This document shows, piece after piece, positions 10,890-23,334 of a stretch of DNA of 64,000 nucleotides. The notes beneath the pieces are model-generated. The model was not told the origin of the DNA and did not search any database. It worked only from the letters and a program-made list of their open reading frames with translations. Every line of letters begins with the position of its first letter. Positions within the stretch are counted from its first letter, which is position 1. Origin of the DNA: Mustelus asterias (taxonomy: Eukaryota); assembly GCF_964213995.1 (NCBI RefSeq), contig NC_135808.1, positions 39,680,001 to 39,744,000 of the forward strand, written 5' to 3'. A program made the translations under genes and the position numbers.

Positions 10890-12855
10890 CCAGCTTTGAT
10901 TATGCAGCAGTACAGCACTGCCTCAGCATTGACCATTTGACAGTGCAGCACCCCCTCAGCATTGACTCTGCGAAGGTTCAACACTGCATCATCATAGTTT
11001 TTCGGCACTGCAGCACTCACGCAGCACTGACCCTTTGGCATTGCAGCACTAGTGCAGCACTCACCGTCCGGCCATCCCTGACACTAGGCCCAACGTCATC
11101 TGTGCCACAGACTCGACCACCAACAACCGGCATACCAGATGTTCACACTTAGAAAGTCTCTGTCTAATTACACTCTTACATGATACCCTCTGTTAACAGT
11201 TCACTCCCCCAGCTTTGACTCTGCAGCAGTACCGCACTGCCCCAGCATTGACCATCCGGCAGTGCAGCATTCTGTCAGAATTGACCCTTCAACAGTGCAG
11301 CACTGCCTCAGCATTGTGCGAAGGTTCAACATTGCATGATCATGGTGTCTTGGACAGTGCAGCACTCCCACAGCACTGACTCTTTGACAGTGCAGCACAC
11401 CCTCAGCATTAATGTTCCCATAGTGCAGCACTCCCTCAGCGTTGACCCTCCGACAGTGCAGCACTCCCTCAGCTTTGACCCTCCCACAGTGCAGCGTACC
11501 CTCAGCATCGACTCTCCCACAGTGCAATATAACCTCAGCATTGACCCTTCGAAGCTGCAGCACTCCCTCAGCGTTGACCCCCACATAGTGCAGCACTCCC
11601 TCAGCTTTGTCTCTCCCAGAGCAGCACTCCCTCAGATTTATCCGCCGACAGTGCAGCACTCCTTCAGCATTGACCCGCCGACAGTGCAGCACTCCCTCAG
11701 CACTGACTCTCCCATAGTGCAGCACTCCCTCAGCATTGACCCTCCCACAGTGCAGCACTCCCTCAGCATTGACCACCCGACACTGCAGCACGCTGTCCAG
11801 CAGTGCAGCACGCCATCACAATTGATTTTCCACAGTGGAGAACAGCCTTAGCATTGACTCTCCCCGACAGTGCAGCACTCACTCAACATTTGACCCGCTG
11901 ACAATGCAACACCCGCTCAAAGTTGTGTCTTCGACATTGTAGCATGCCCTCAGCATTGACCCGTGGAGAGTGCATCTTTGACTCTGACAGTGCATTGACC
12001 ATCCAACAGTGCAGCCGCTCTCAGCATTGACACTTTAATATTGCAGCACTCACTCAGCATTAATTCCCAACTTTGAAGCGCTACCTCAGCATTGCCCTTT
12101 TGATGCTCCAACAGTGCAGTACATCCTCAGCACTGACCCTTTAATGCTGCAGCACACCCTCAGCATTGACCCTTTGATGCTGCAGCAGTCCCTCAGCATT
12201 CACCCTCCCACAGTGCAGCACTCCCTCAGCATCGACCCGACAGTGAAGCACTCCCTCAGCATTGACCCTCCGAAAGTGTGGTCACTCTCAGCACTGACCC
12301 TATGACAGTGCAGCACTGACCATCCATCAGCAGCAATTCCTCAGAGTTGACCTTCCCACAGTGCAGCACTCCCTCTGCATTTTCCGTCCGACAGTGCAGC
12401 ACGCCATCAAAATTGATTTTCCACAGTGGAGAATAGCCTTAGCATTGACTCTCCCCAACAGTGCAGCACTCACTCAACATTGACCCGCTGACAATGCAAT
12501 ACCCGCTCAAAATTGTGTGTCTGACTTTGCAGCATGCCCTCAGCATTGACCCGCGCATCGTGCATCTTTGACTCTGACAGTGCATTGACCGTCCCACAGT
12601 GCAGCCCGCTCTCAGCATTGACCCTCCCACAGTGCAGCACTCCCTCAACATTCATGCTCCCACATTGCAGCACTCCCTCAGCATTGACTCAGCGGCAGTG
12701 CAGCACGCCCTCAGCATTCACCTTCTGACAATGCAGCACACCCTTAGCATTGATCATCTAACAGTGCAGCACATTCTCAGCATTGACCCTCTAACAGTGC
12801 AGCACTCCATCAGCATTAATGCTCCCACAGTGTGTGGCACTCCCTCAGCATTGAG
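10890..12855. repeat. ~33-bp minisatellite (GACAGTGCAGCACTCCCTCAGCATTGACCCTCC) with higher-order duplications
   Basis: Dozens of diverged 33-bp units; explains the 11-aa-periodic ORFs on both strands; array resumes at ~13940-14040 after a CR1. Confidence 0.95.
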
Positions 12856-12869
12856 TCGTAAAATAGATA

Positions 12870-13935
12870 GAAAGCTGGTCAGCAGATAGGAAACAAAGAG
12901 TTGGCATAAATGGGTCTTTTTCCGCATGACAGTCAGTGACTAGTGGAGATCCGCAAGGATCTGTGCTAGGACACTAACTGTTCACATTATATATTCATGA
13001 TTTGGAAGAGGGAACTACATGTATTATCTCCAAATTTGCAGATGATACAAAGTTGGGTGGGAGGGTGAACTGTGAGAAGGATGCAGAGATGCTTCAGCGT
13101 GATTTGGACAGGCTGACTGTGTGGGCATAAGCAGAGCAGCTGCAGTATAATGTGGATGAAGGTGAGGTTATCCACTTTGGCAGCAATAATAGGGAGACAG
13201 ATTATTACTTGAATGGGTGTAAATTGAGAGAGGTGGATACTCAGCAAGACCTTGGTGTCCTCATGCATCAGTCGCTGAAAGTAAGCGAGCAGGTACAGCA
13301 GGCAGTAAAGAAGGCAAATGGTATGTTGGCCTTCATAGAGATAGATTTGAGTATCGGGATATTTTGCTGCAATTGTATAGAGTGTTGTTGAGGTCACACC
13401 TGGAGTATTGTGTGCAGTTTTGGTGTCCTTAGAAGGATGTCCTTGCTATAGAGGGAGTACAATGAAGGTTTACCAGGCTGATTCCTGGGCTGTCAGGTCT
13501 GTTGTATGAGGAGAGACTAAGTTGGTTAGGATTATATTCACTGGAGTTTAGAAGAGTGAGAGGGGATCTTACAGAAACTTATAAAATTCTAACAGGGTTA
13601 GACAGGTTATATTCAGAATGTTCTCAATGGTGGTGGAGTCCAGAACTAGTGGTCATAGTTTGAGGATAAGGCATGAATCTTTTAGAACTGAGGTGAGGAG
13701 AAATTTCTTCACCCAGAGGGTGTTGGATGTGTGGGATTCACTACCACAGAATGAGATGAGTTCCAAAAGTTGTCTGATTTCAAGAAGAAATCTAGGGGCT
13801 AAAGGGATCAAGGGATAGGGAAGAAGAGGGATCAGGATATTGAATTTGATGATCAGCCATGATCAAAATGAATGGTGGAGCAGGCTCGAAGGGACGAATG
13901 GCCTACTCCTTGCTTCTAGTTTCTATGTTTCTATT
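12870..13935 (+). mobile_element. CR1 RT-to-3' end fragment (decayed)
   Basis: VTSGDPQGSVLG, KFADDTK, RNFFTQRV and tail TTTCTATGTTTCTA. Confidence 0.9.
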
Positions 13936-14390
13936 GATGCTCCGACAGTCAGCACTCTCTGTGTTGACGCTGCGACAAGTACAGGATTTCCTCAGTATTG
14001 AGTCTCTAACAGTGCAGCAGTCCCTCAGCATTGACTCATGTTCCTCTGAGTCGCAGTCCAGTGAGAGCCTAGATTCTACACTCGAGGCTGATGCGTGCCT
14101 GTAATGTGCTCATTGCTGCCTGTCAATGGATCCTGTCATCTTCTTCACAAACTTTTTCTCCAATCTGAGATCCACAATCATTTTTAAACTTGCTGCAAAT
14201 GCATAATACCAACCTTAAGTTCAGTGAAAATTGGGTGTTTTCTGTCAGCAGGTATGAAACTCATCAGTGACGCTGACTCCTAAACTTTACTTTTAATCTT
14301 GGGACAGAGAATAAAGACAAGAGGTAACCAGACTATCATAGAACTGCTAATAAACGAAGACAATACTGATATTATTTCAATGTTTTTCAG

Positions 14391-14566
14391 AAATACTAGA
14401 AAGCAGTGGTGGGCACTCACAACTTGGAATTATAGCTGGATCAATAATCAGTGTACTGGCTGCTATATTCGGAATAATTGCAATAGCCATCTGGAAAAGG
14501 CCAGAGAGAGGGAAAAAAGAATCAGAGACTGGAGAATCTGGATCTGGGGAATCAGTTGAGGAATGA
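14391..14566 (+). CDS. Connecting peptide/transmembrane/cytoplasmic exon of the MHC class I-like gene
   Basis: Acceptor TGTTTTTCAG| (14390); phase 1 joins the alpha-3 exon (G|AA=Glu): EILESSGGHSQLGIIAGSIISVLAAIFGIIAIAIWKRPERGKKESETGESGSGESVEE*. About 24-aa hydrophobic helix followed by basic stop-transfer KR. Confidence 0.7.
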
Positions 14567-14796
14567 AGAATTTCCAATACTTGGAATATGGAACACAGAG
14601 GGGAGAGTGAAAAAGAGGGGAATATAGAACTGAGGGAGATAGCGTGAATGAGTTGACTCTATTGAACATGAAGGCCAGGATTGTATGCTCTGTTCTTTGT
14701 GATTTATGATGTGGAGATGCCGGTGTTGGACTGGGGTAAGCACAGTAAGAAGTCTCACAACACCAGGTTAAAGTCCAACAGGTTTATTTGGTAGCA

Positions 14797-14840
14797 AATA
14801 CCATAAGCTTTCGGAGCACAGCTCCTTCGTCAGATGGAGT
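14797..14840 (-). ncRNA. Minimal type I hammerhead ribozyme motif in PLE terminal repeat
   Basis: ccat-CTGACGA-a-ggagc tgt gctcc-GAAA-gc-TT-atgg. Confidence 0.65.
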
Positions 14841-16230
14841 GGATATCTGTTCTCGCACAGTGCACAGACACAGAAATCAAGTTACAGAATACTAATTAGA
14901 ATGCAAATCTCTACAACCAGCCAGGTCTTTAAGGTACAGACAATGTGGGTGGAGGGAGCATTCAACACAGGTTAAAGAGATGGGTATTGTCTCCAGACAG
15001 AACAGCTATGGAGGTTCTGCAAGATCAGGGGGAAAGCTGTGGGGGTTACGGATAATGTGACATAAATCCAACATCCCGGTTTAGGCTGTCCTCATGTGTG
15101 CGGAACTTGGCTATCAGTTTCTGCTCAGCGACTCTGCGCTGTCGTGTGTCGTGAAGGCCGCCTTGGAGAATGCTTACCTGAAGATCCAAGGCTGAATGCC
15201 CGTGACTGCTGAAGTGCTCCCCCACAGGAAGAGAACAGTCTTGCCTGGTGATTGTCGAATGGTGTTCATTCATCCGTTGTCGTAGCGTCTGCATGGTTTC
15301 CCCAATGTACCATGCCTCGGGACATCCTTTCCTGTAGCGTATCAGGTAGACAACGTTGGCCGAGTTGCAAGAGTAGGTACCGTGTACCTAGTAGATGGTG
15401 TTCTCACGTGAGATGATGGCATCCGTGTTGATGATCCGGCATGTCTTGCAGAGGTTGCTGTGGCAGGGTTGTGTGGTGTCGTGGTCACTGTTCTCCTGAA
15501 GGCTGGGTAGTTTGCTGCGGACAATGGTCTGTTTGAGGTTGCGTGGTTGTTTGAAGGCAAGAAGTGGGGGTGTGGGGATGGCCTTGGCGTGATGTTCGTC
15601 TTCATCAATGACATGTTGAAGGCTCTGGAGGAGATGCTGTAGCTTCTCCGCTCCGGGGAAGTACTGGACGACGAAGGGTACTCTGTCCACCGTGTCCCGT
15701 GTTTGTCTTCTGAGGAGGTCGGTGCGGTTTTTCACTGTGGCGCGTCGGAACTGTTGATCGATGAGTCGAGCGCCATATCCTGTTCTTATGAGGGCATCTT
15801 TCAGCGTCTGGAGGTGTCTTTTACGATCCTCCTCATCCGAGCAGGTCCTGTGTATTCGGAGGGCTTGTCCGTAGGGGATGGCTTCTTTTATGTGTTTATG
15901 GTGGAAGCTGGGGAAGTGGAGCATCATGAGGTTATCCGTGGGCTTGCGGCATAGTGAGGTGCTGAGGTGATGTTGGTGATGAGGTGAAAACCGGGATGTT
16001 GGATTTATGTCACATTATCAGTAAGCCCCACAGCTTTCCCCCTGATCTTGCAGAATCTCACTAACTGTTCTGTCTGGAGACAATACACATCTCTTTAACC
16101 TGTGTTGAATGCTCCCTCCACCCACATTGTCTGTACCTTAAAGACCTGGCTGGCTGTAGAGATTTGCATTCTAATTAGTATTCTGTAACTTGATTTCTGT
16201 GTCTGTGCACTGTTGGAGAACAGATATCCA

Positions 16231-16270
16231 CTCCATCTGACGAAGGAGCTGTGCTCCGAAAGCTTATGGT
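16231..16270 (+). ncRNA. Minimal type I hammerhead ribozyme motif in PLE terminal repeat
   Basis: ccat-CTGACGA-a-ggagc tgt gctcc-GAAA-gc-TT-atgg; stem I ccat/atgg, stem II ggagc/gctcc. Confidence 0.65.
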
Positions 16271-16679
16271 ATTTGTTACCAAATAAACCTATTGGACTTT
16301 AACCTGGTGTTGTGAGACTTCTTCCTTTGTTATTTAAGCAAGGATCTATATTAGTTTAACATAGAACAAAGAACAAAGAACAATACAGCACAGGAACAGG
16401 CCCTTCGGCCCTCCAAGCCCGTGCCGCTCCCTGGTCCAAACTAGACCATTCTTTTGTATCCCTCCATTCCTAATTCTTCCCAATTTTCAGTTGTGTTTCT
16501 CTTAAAATAAACCTGGGTGATTTCTTAGAATCACATAATACCGACAGTGCAGAAGGAGGCCATTCAGCCTATCAAATCTGTACTGGTTCTCTGACAGAGT
16601 ATCTTACCCAGGCCCTCACCCCGTAACCCCACAAATCTATCATGGCTAATCCATCTAACCTAACCTAGAGAGTTTCGAA

Positions 16680-17320
16680 CCATTGCCCTTGACATTCAAT
16701 GGCATTACCATCGCTGAATCCCCCACTGTCTACATCTTGTGGGGTATCTTTGATCAGAAAATGAACATGGACTAGCCATTAAATACTGTGGCTACCAGAG
16801 CAGGTCAGAATTTGGGAATTCTGCAGAGATTAACTTTCTCCTGATCCCCCAAAGCCTGTCCACCATCCACAAGGTACAAGTCAGGAGTGATGAAAAACGC
16901 TTCATTTGCCGAGATGAGTGCAGCTCCACCAAAGATCAAGACACATGATACCACCCAGGATGCACAGTGGCAGCAGCGTATATCATCGGCGAGATATACA
17001 GCAGCAACTCACCAAGGTTCCTTCAACAGCACGTTTCAAACCCACAACTTCTACAACCAAGAAGGGCTAGAACACTGGATGCATGGGAACACCACCACCT
17101 ACAATTTCCCCTCCAAATCCATCGCCATCCTGACTTGGAACTGTATCGCTTTTCCATCACTGTCACTGGGTCAAGATCCTGGAACTTCCTCCTTTTCAGC
17201 ACTGTGGGTGTAGCTATGCCACATGCAGCGTTTCAAGAAACCTGTTCACCACCATCCTCTTGACGGTAGTTAGTGATGGGCAATAAATAACGGTCTGGCA
17301 GCAATGCCACATCCCAGGAA
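16680..17320 (+). mobile_element. Decayed CR1/L2-group LINE 3' region
   Basis: ILGVSF, PQSLSTIHKVQVRSVM-like RT C-terminal coding; tail GATGGGCAATAAATA. Confidence 0.65.
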
Positions 17321-17853
17321 CATATATATCTTGCTCAGGAATGTGATGTGCTTTCTCCAGACACGCTGACCGACAAAGAAATCCTCGTGTTTGTCAATCT
17401 TCTTTCAGTTTCCTATCATCTGAAAATTCCATACCAAATGTAAATCTTTTATTGATGCAGGTAGAGACCCTTCAGCAACACCTGAGGCTTAACAATAGGT
17501 CATCCACTGTTGAAATCGTTACACCCATTGCTCTGACCTTGCAAGATAAATACCGGTTAACTTTGAAGAGCAATTAACTTCAAGCTGGTTTGAAATACAT
17601 TGACTTCAGGGTTGCTTGCAGTTTCTTAGCCAGATGGTGCTATTCCTCTACAATTAAACCTTTGAACCACCAACATAAAAACTATATTCTTAAAACTAAA
17701 CGTCATTTTCTGAAGCATCTAAATTATGACCAAATTGTTCTTGATGCCTTTAACCCTTACTCTCTGTTTTCTGTTTAATTTTACTATCCACTCTTCTATT
17801 TTACCTTGACTTTACATGCACTGGTCCAAATCTTGAGATTTCCAAATGTTACA

Positions 17854-18059
17854 TTGGGTGGATTTTACTAGCAATCTGCTGCATGTTTCATGGTGGCAGG
17901 AAGCGGCCCACCATTGACTGGCGAATGGATCTTCAGGTCCTGCCCTGGTGTATGGAGTTTCCCGTTGAAAGCACTCTTCATGAAAACCATGGCAGGGGTG
18001 CACCATAGGTGGGACTGGAAGAACCCGCTGGTGTGAATGGCCAGAAAATATTGCCCATT
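17854..18059. mobile_element. Short non-autonomous DNA transposon (MITE; PIF/Harbinger-like termini)
   Basis: Imperfect terminal inverted repeats TGGGTGGATTTT ... AAAATATTGCCCA. Confidence 0.45.
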
Positions 18060-18193
18060 GTATTGAAGACCATTGCAAAATTCAAATAGGGCATCACTCT
18101 TGTTCGCACTTTCTATTACTTCTTCAAAAATGTCAATAAGATTGACCAGAAATTTACATTTGCATTTGAAATCCATGTTAACTACATGTTTTT

Positions 18194-18870
18194 TGGTCTG
18201 GGAATTTTTTTCTCCTATTGGCAAAGTCTGGTGTCGGGCATGAAAAGTGGTGTTGAGCCCCCTGATGCAATGGTGACACATTCCACCGTATAGTGCAGGA
18301 CTTTGAAGAATGGAAAGCAGGGGTTCTAAGTTGCATCGCTGGTGGGCAGCCGCTGATTCACCTCCCCCAACATCAACTCACCACTTTGATGATCTGGGTG
18401 CCATTTCTAAGGGCGACCCAACACATCATGAGCAGACCAAGAATATCCTTCACCCAGCTGCACCCCCTGGTACAAAACTAGTACCTTCTGGCATTACACC
18501 AGCATTACGCTGGCACCTTGAGCTTTACCCTCTCCCAACTTAGCTCTGCACTCATCTCTGAGCTCCCCTTGGAATACTTCTCACCAGGTGCCCAGTCGTG
18601 TATCATGTCATTCTGACATCACGCCATCATGGATGAATTTTTTTTGACTGGGTGAGGTGGGGGAGGCGGGTATGATTCTAGCATATTGACCCGAAAATGA
18701 TATGCAAATATATTAGAATGAAGTTCCCGACATTGAACAATGGGAAAGGCAGCCTCCCACTGACACAATCGCTTCCTGCTTTGACATCAACGTGAAACGT
18801 GACTTTGATATTCTTGTAAAATTTTCTGCCAAACCCCCCCTACACGAACGGGAGAAGAAAATCCTGGCTG
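18194..18870. mobile_element. Possible non-autonomous DNA transposon
   Basis: Imperfect TIRs GGTCTGGGAATTTTTTTCTCC ... GGAGAAGAAAATCCTGGC. Confidence 0.4.
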
Positions 18871-20159
18871 AGGCATTTTTTAACCACATCTTTGAGTAAG
18901 GGTTATCTTTACTGTGCCGCATAAACTCACTGTTCCTTCGATCCTTGGACACATTCTAATACCCTCTTTTATGTATTGGAATCATGATAGCTATCCTTCA
19001 GTCCTCTGGCACTATTCCATTTGCTCATGAGTTTTTACGTAATTGTAACAGTGTCTCTACGATCTTAACTTCTCATAATGTATATGGATATAATCCATAT
19101 ATATTATGTTAGTTTATCCTAAATTTGATTTGTTTGCTAATTATTTCCCACCTTTCATCTTCAATGTATTGATGTCTATTTTGATCTTTTCTTCCCTTTT
19201 AATTTCCCTGGTAAACACAGAGACAAAGTAATTATTCAATATTACTGACCCTTCATCATGTATATTCCTGAGTGGCCCTTTTTCTATCCTGTCCCTTTCT
19301 TGATTTTCCTTCTGTGATCAATTCCTGAAAAGCTTCAAAAATTATTTTAATGTTCTTTGTTAATTTTGTTTCGTAGTTCCCACGTGCCTTCTTTTATTGA
19401 TTGCATCCTTAATGTCTTCAAATTCCTTTCTGTCATCCTCTTTTTTAATGCCTATGTACTGGGTGTGTATATCAGCACAACTGTTTTTAGAGACCGACCC
19501 ATCTAACCATCATCCAGAAACCATGGATAATAATGTGGAACTGGATCTGGGTGAATCTGACCCTCATCTCACCCTGGAGCCTTTTCCGAGCGGGTTAAAA
19601 AGTTCACATGACCCAGTGGAAGGTAATAAAACCACAACTGAACAAGAACAGAGTTCCTTTCAAACGGACACTTCAAATGCTGCAAATAATGTCTCTGACC
19701 TAGATACAGTAAAATGTAATCTAGATAACAATATTACAGAACACTTAACTAACTACAAGGAAGGAGAAACAATGCAGAGTTTACTCAGACATTATGATCG
19801 TCATTGAAAAAGCCCTGGAAATAACTAGTCAGAGTATCCAGGAGTCTGGAAGAACTGGCAGTATTTACAAGGAGCATAGGAATTGAAATAGATGAAGATG
19901 ACAAGCTTTGTTCGCAAGAGAAAGCAAGATCTGAAAAACTTTCATAGTTAAAAGAGAAGCAATTTATCAATATAGAATTGGAAATATGCTTTCTTTCACG
20001 GTTCAAATAGTGAGAGGAAAAGAATGAGGAGTGGAAAATGTGAAGCATATGAGGCATAACATCAAAGGCTGTGCTGCTGCCACATTTGAAGGAGATAGAC
20101 AGTTTTGATGAGTATTATTGATATAGAAAACACATTTTGAGAAAGATTGGCTGAAAGAA

Positions 20160-20507
20160 TAACCCCATGCATTTATCCTAGATGGTCCACCTGACACTAA
20201 GGGGCAATTTAGCATGGCCAACCACTTACCCCGCACACCTTTGGACTGAGAGAGGAAACAGGAGCACCCAGAGGAAACTCACACAGATATGGGGATGATG
20301 AACATAGAACATTACAGCGCAGTACAGGCCCTTCTGCCCTCGGTGTTGCGCCGACCAGTGGAACCAATCTAAAGCCCCTCTAATCTACACTATTCCAATA
20401 TCATCCATATGTTTATCCAATGTGCAAACTCCACACAGCGACACAAGCTGGAAATCAAACCCAGGTCCCTGGCGCTGTGAGGCAGCAGTGCTAACCACTG
20501 TGCAGCC
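20160..20507 (-). mobile_element. tRNA-derived SINE with nested short CR1 tail (~20300-20420)
   Basis: Reverse complement of SINE head at 20440-20507 and of body at 20160-20300; AACATAGAACATTACAGCGCAGTACAGGCCCTTC tail in between. Confidence 0.8.
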
Positions 20508-20795
20508 CCATGAGATGTTCTCAAGGATATAATTAATACCTCCAAATTATGAGAATTCCATGGCTGGTACTATTCAGGCATTTAAAGAAAGAGGTACAGA
20601 ATCCACAGGAGACATCGATACCTGTTATTTTCAGTCCAAAGAAATTACTCACAGAACTTTAAACAAGAAATCGAAAGAACTTTAAATAAGAAATTGTAAG
20701 ATTTGTCAGTACAAATGATCAGACTGAAAGGATTAAATATTGGAGGAAGGATATTGGTGGGAGAATCACTGCTCTCCCCACAGATCCATCTGGTG

Positions 20796-21075
20796 GCGGC
20801 ACGGTAGCACAGTGGTTAGCACTGCTGCCTCACAGCGCTAAGGACCCGGGTTTGATTCCCGGGTTGGGTCACTGTGTGGAGTTTGCACATTCTCCTCGTG
20901 TCTGTGTGGGTTTCCTCAGGGTGCTCCGGATTCCTCCCACATTCGGAAAGACGTGCTGGTGAGGTGCATTGACCCGAACAGGCGCCGGACTGTGGCGACG
21001 AGGGGAATTTCACAGTAACTTCATTACAGTGTTAATGTAAGCCTCATTTGTGACTAATAAATAAACTTTACTTTA
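20796..21075 (+). mobile_element. tRNA-derived SINE, alternative-tail subfamily
   Basis: GGCGGCACGGTAGCACAGTGG head; tail GTGTTAATGTAAGCC...AATAAATAAACTTTACTTT. Confidence 0.85.
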
Positions 21076-22589
21076 CAGAATGAAAGGGTTAAATATTGGA
21101 GGAAGGATATTGCTGGGAGAATCACTGCTCTCCCCTACTGGTCCCACTGGTGAATTGTACATAATGCTTTGTGGCTGTGGGGTGATGTCCTGTGCAATGG
21201 TACAAACAGGGAGCACTCACAGCACTGTGCTGAATAACATCGGAGCAGAAGACTGAACAGACAGAGAACCACCATTTCTGACAAACCAATGTAAGAGAAT
21301 TGTACTACGATGTTGCGAGCAGTATGAGTTTCATGGATAAAGACACCAACTGAATACAAGGACTGCAGAGCTTTCAATAACTGGTACAGATGCTGGAATA
21401 ACGTTGCTGAGGCCAACGTCAAAACATGAGCCTTTTGGATTAAAAACAGGAAATTCTGAAAACGTTGAGAATTGGGAAAATATAGCTTTCAGGAAGATCA
21501 AGTGGGGGAGGGAGGAAAAGACAAAAGGGAAGGTCTGTAACAGGGCAGAAGCAGGACATTAAATGACAAAAAGAATTGGTGGGTCAGAACCGAATGGAGT
21601 CAGAATGGACAAGTGAAGAAACAAAAGATGGATCCAGAGGAGGTGTGAATGACAAAATAATGAACAGCCACTGTCTGAAAGATTTTATCCTGAAATTTGA
21701 ATCTCACTGTAAAAAATCAATTCAATGCAAAGCTGTGCAGCGAATAAGTGATGAGAGAGTAGGTGTCTAACCTGACTGAGTATAGTATTTTAGTCAAGTT
21801 ATCCTCTCATACTTTTCACAAGCTTAGTGTCAGAGATCACTTCATTGGTGACCCTCCCAATCTCTACAAATGAGAGTAAATGAACAATGTTTGGTAATGT
21901 AACCAGGTTCAGTTACTGAATAAACACTGCACCAATCTAATTCTGGTAAAATAAAAGTAAAATACTGCCGATACTGGAAATCTGAAATAACAGAAATTGC
22001 TCAAATCTCAGCAGGTCTGATAGCATCTGTGGGGAGAGAAATGTGAGTTGACATTTTAGCTCTGAATACGAGCCATTTGAACTCAAAATGTTAACTGTTT
22101 TCTTTCCCCACATATACTACTTATCAGACCCACTGAGTCTTTCCAACACTTTCTACTGTCATGCCGAATTCTGGTCTTCAGCATGTTGTCGCAGCCCCTG
22201 CAGTTTGAATTTTTTTGGAATCCATATCCATCTGGATTTTTATCCTTGAGGTAGCTGGGGAGGGCCGAGAGTGGAAAATTAGAGTCCTTTGCAGATGGAA
22301 GCCAGTTGCGAGCTGAGGTTGAACCAGCCAACAAGGGGCTGCTGGGTGCAGAGCAGGCTGTTCAAAAGGCCTGCCTCAGTGCTGTGGGACACCAGTTAAA
22401 GGAAAAGGTCAAAGGTCCTCCACCCCTCACATGACCTTCACCCTCCAAATATTCCAAATGACCCTCTGTCTCCTCATGCTCCAGTGCCACGTTCTGCCCT
22501 CTTTCCTATTTCCCCCTACCTCCACCACCACTAGCAGTCACAGGCAGAGGCTGAATGAGCGGTCACGGGCATTCAGCCTCTGGTCTTCA

Positions 22590-23016
22590 GGTAAGCGTTC
22601 TCCAAGGTGGCCTTCACGCCACACGACAGCGCAGAGTCGCTGAGCAGAAACTGATAGCCAAGTTCCGCATACAAGAGGACGCCCTAAACCGGGATGTTGG
22701 ATTTATGTCACATTATCAGTAACCCCCACAGCTTGCCTCCTGGACTTGCTGGCTGTCCTGTCTGGAGACAATACACATCTCTTTAACCTGTGCTTAATGC
22801 TCCCTCCACTCACATTGCCTGTATCTTTAAGATCTGGTTGGCTGTAGGGATTCGTATTCTAATCAGTATACTGTAACTTGGTTTTGTGTCTCTGTGCCCT
22901 GTTTGAGAGCAGATTTCCACTCCATCTGACGAAGGAGCAGCGCTCCGAAAGCTAATGGTATTTGCTACGAAATAAACTTGTTGGACTTTAACCTGGTGTT
23001 GTTAAAACTCTCACTG
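22590..23016 (+). mobile_element. Penelope-like element 3' end with hammerhead motif (22921-22958)
   Basis: AEQKLIAKFR-coding sequence as at 15046-15294; ccat-CTGACGA-a-ggagc agc gctcc-GAAA-gc-TA-atgg. Confidence 0.85.
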
Positions 23017-23072
23017 TCCCCACAGAATAGTCAGACTGCCTGAACATTAGTGTGGATATTATGCAATGTAAT

Positions 23073-23330
23073 TATTATAAATTCTGCTCCTTCACTCACC
23101 ATCTCCTCACTTGCTTTTCAGTCCCTACAGGAAGTGAAGCAGCTGTGAAAGTGGCAAGATTGAAGAAACTCATGTTACTCCAGAAATATTAGGATTGCCT
23201 GTGAGACGTCAATCAGAGAGCCCACCCACTCTGCCCATTCCCTCCTCTTCGTCTTTCACACCTGCTTCGCTCCCTGTAGGGATTGAAAACTAAGTGAGGA
23301 GAGGGTGAGTGAAGGAGCAGATTTCTAATA
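23073..23330. mobile_element. MITE-like inverted repeat (~80-bp arms)
   Basis: ~23073-23152 and ~23250-23330 are reverse complements with scattered mismatches; AT-rich ends. Confidence 0.6.
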
Positions 23331-23334
23331 TACG

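Larger units (their letters stand above)
14706..16322 (-). mobile_element. Penelope-like element (PLE), 5'-truncated, with inverted copy of its 3' end
   Basis: ORFs 15388-15927 (RT thumb IPYGQALRIHRTCS; CHSNLCKTC linker) and 15046-15294 (GIY-YIG C-half, RMNEH..VGEHF); ~14750-15081 is inverted at ~15988-16322. Confidence 0.9.

Noticed and set aside
11201-12889. ORFs with 11-aa repeats (GVLHCGRVNAE / TVQHSLSIDPP) suggesting a zinc-finger or repeat protein; CRISPR-like periodicity
   Set aside because: Translation of a 33-bp minisatellite open on both strands; no unique spacers, no cas genes, eukaryotic context.
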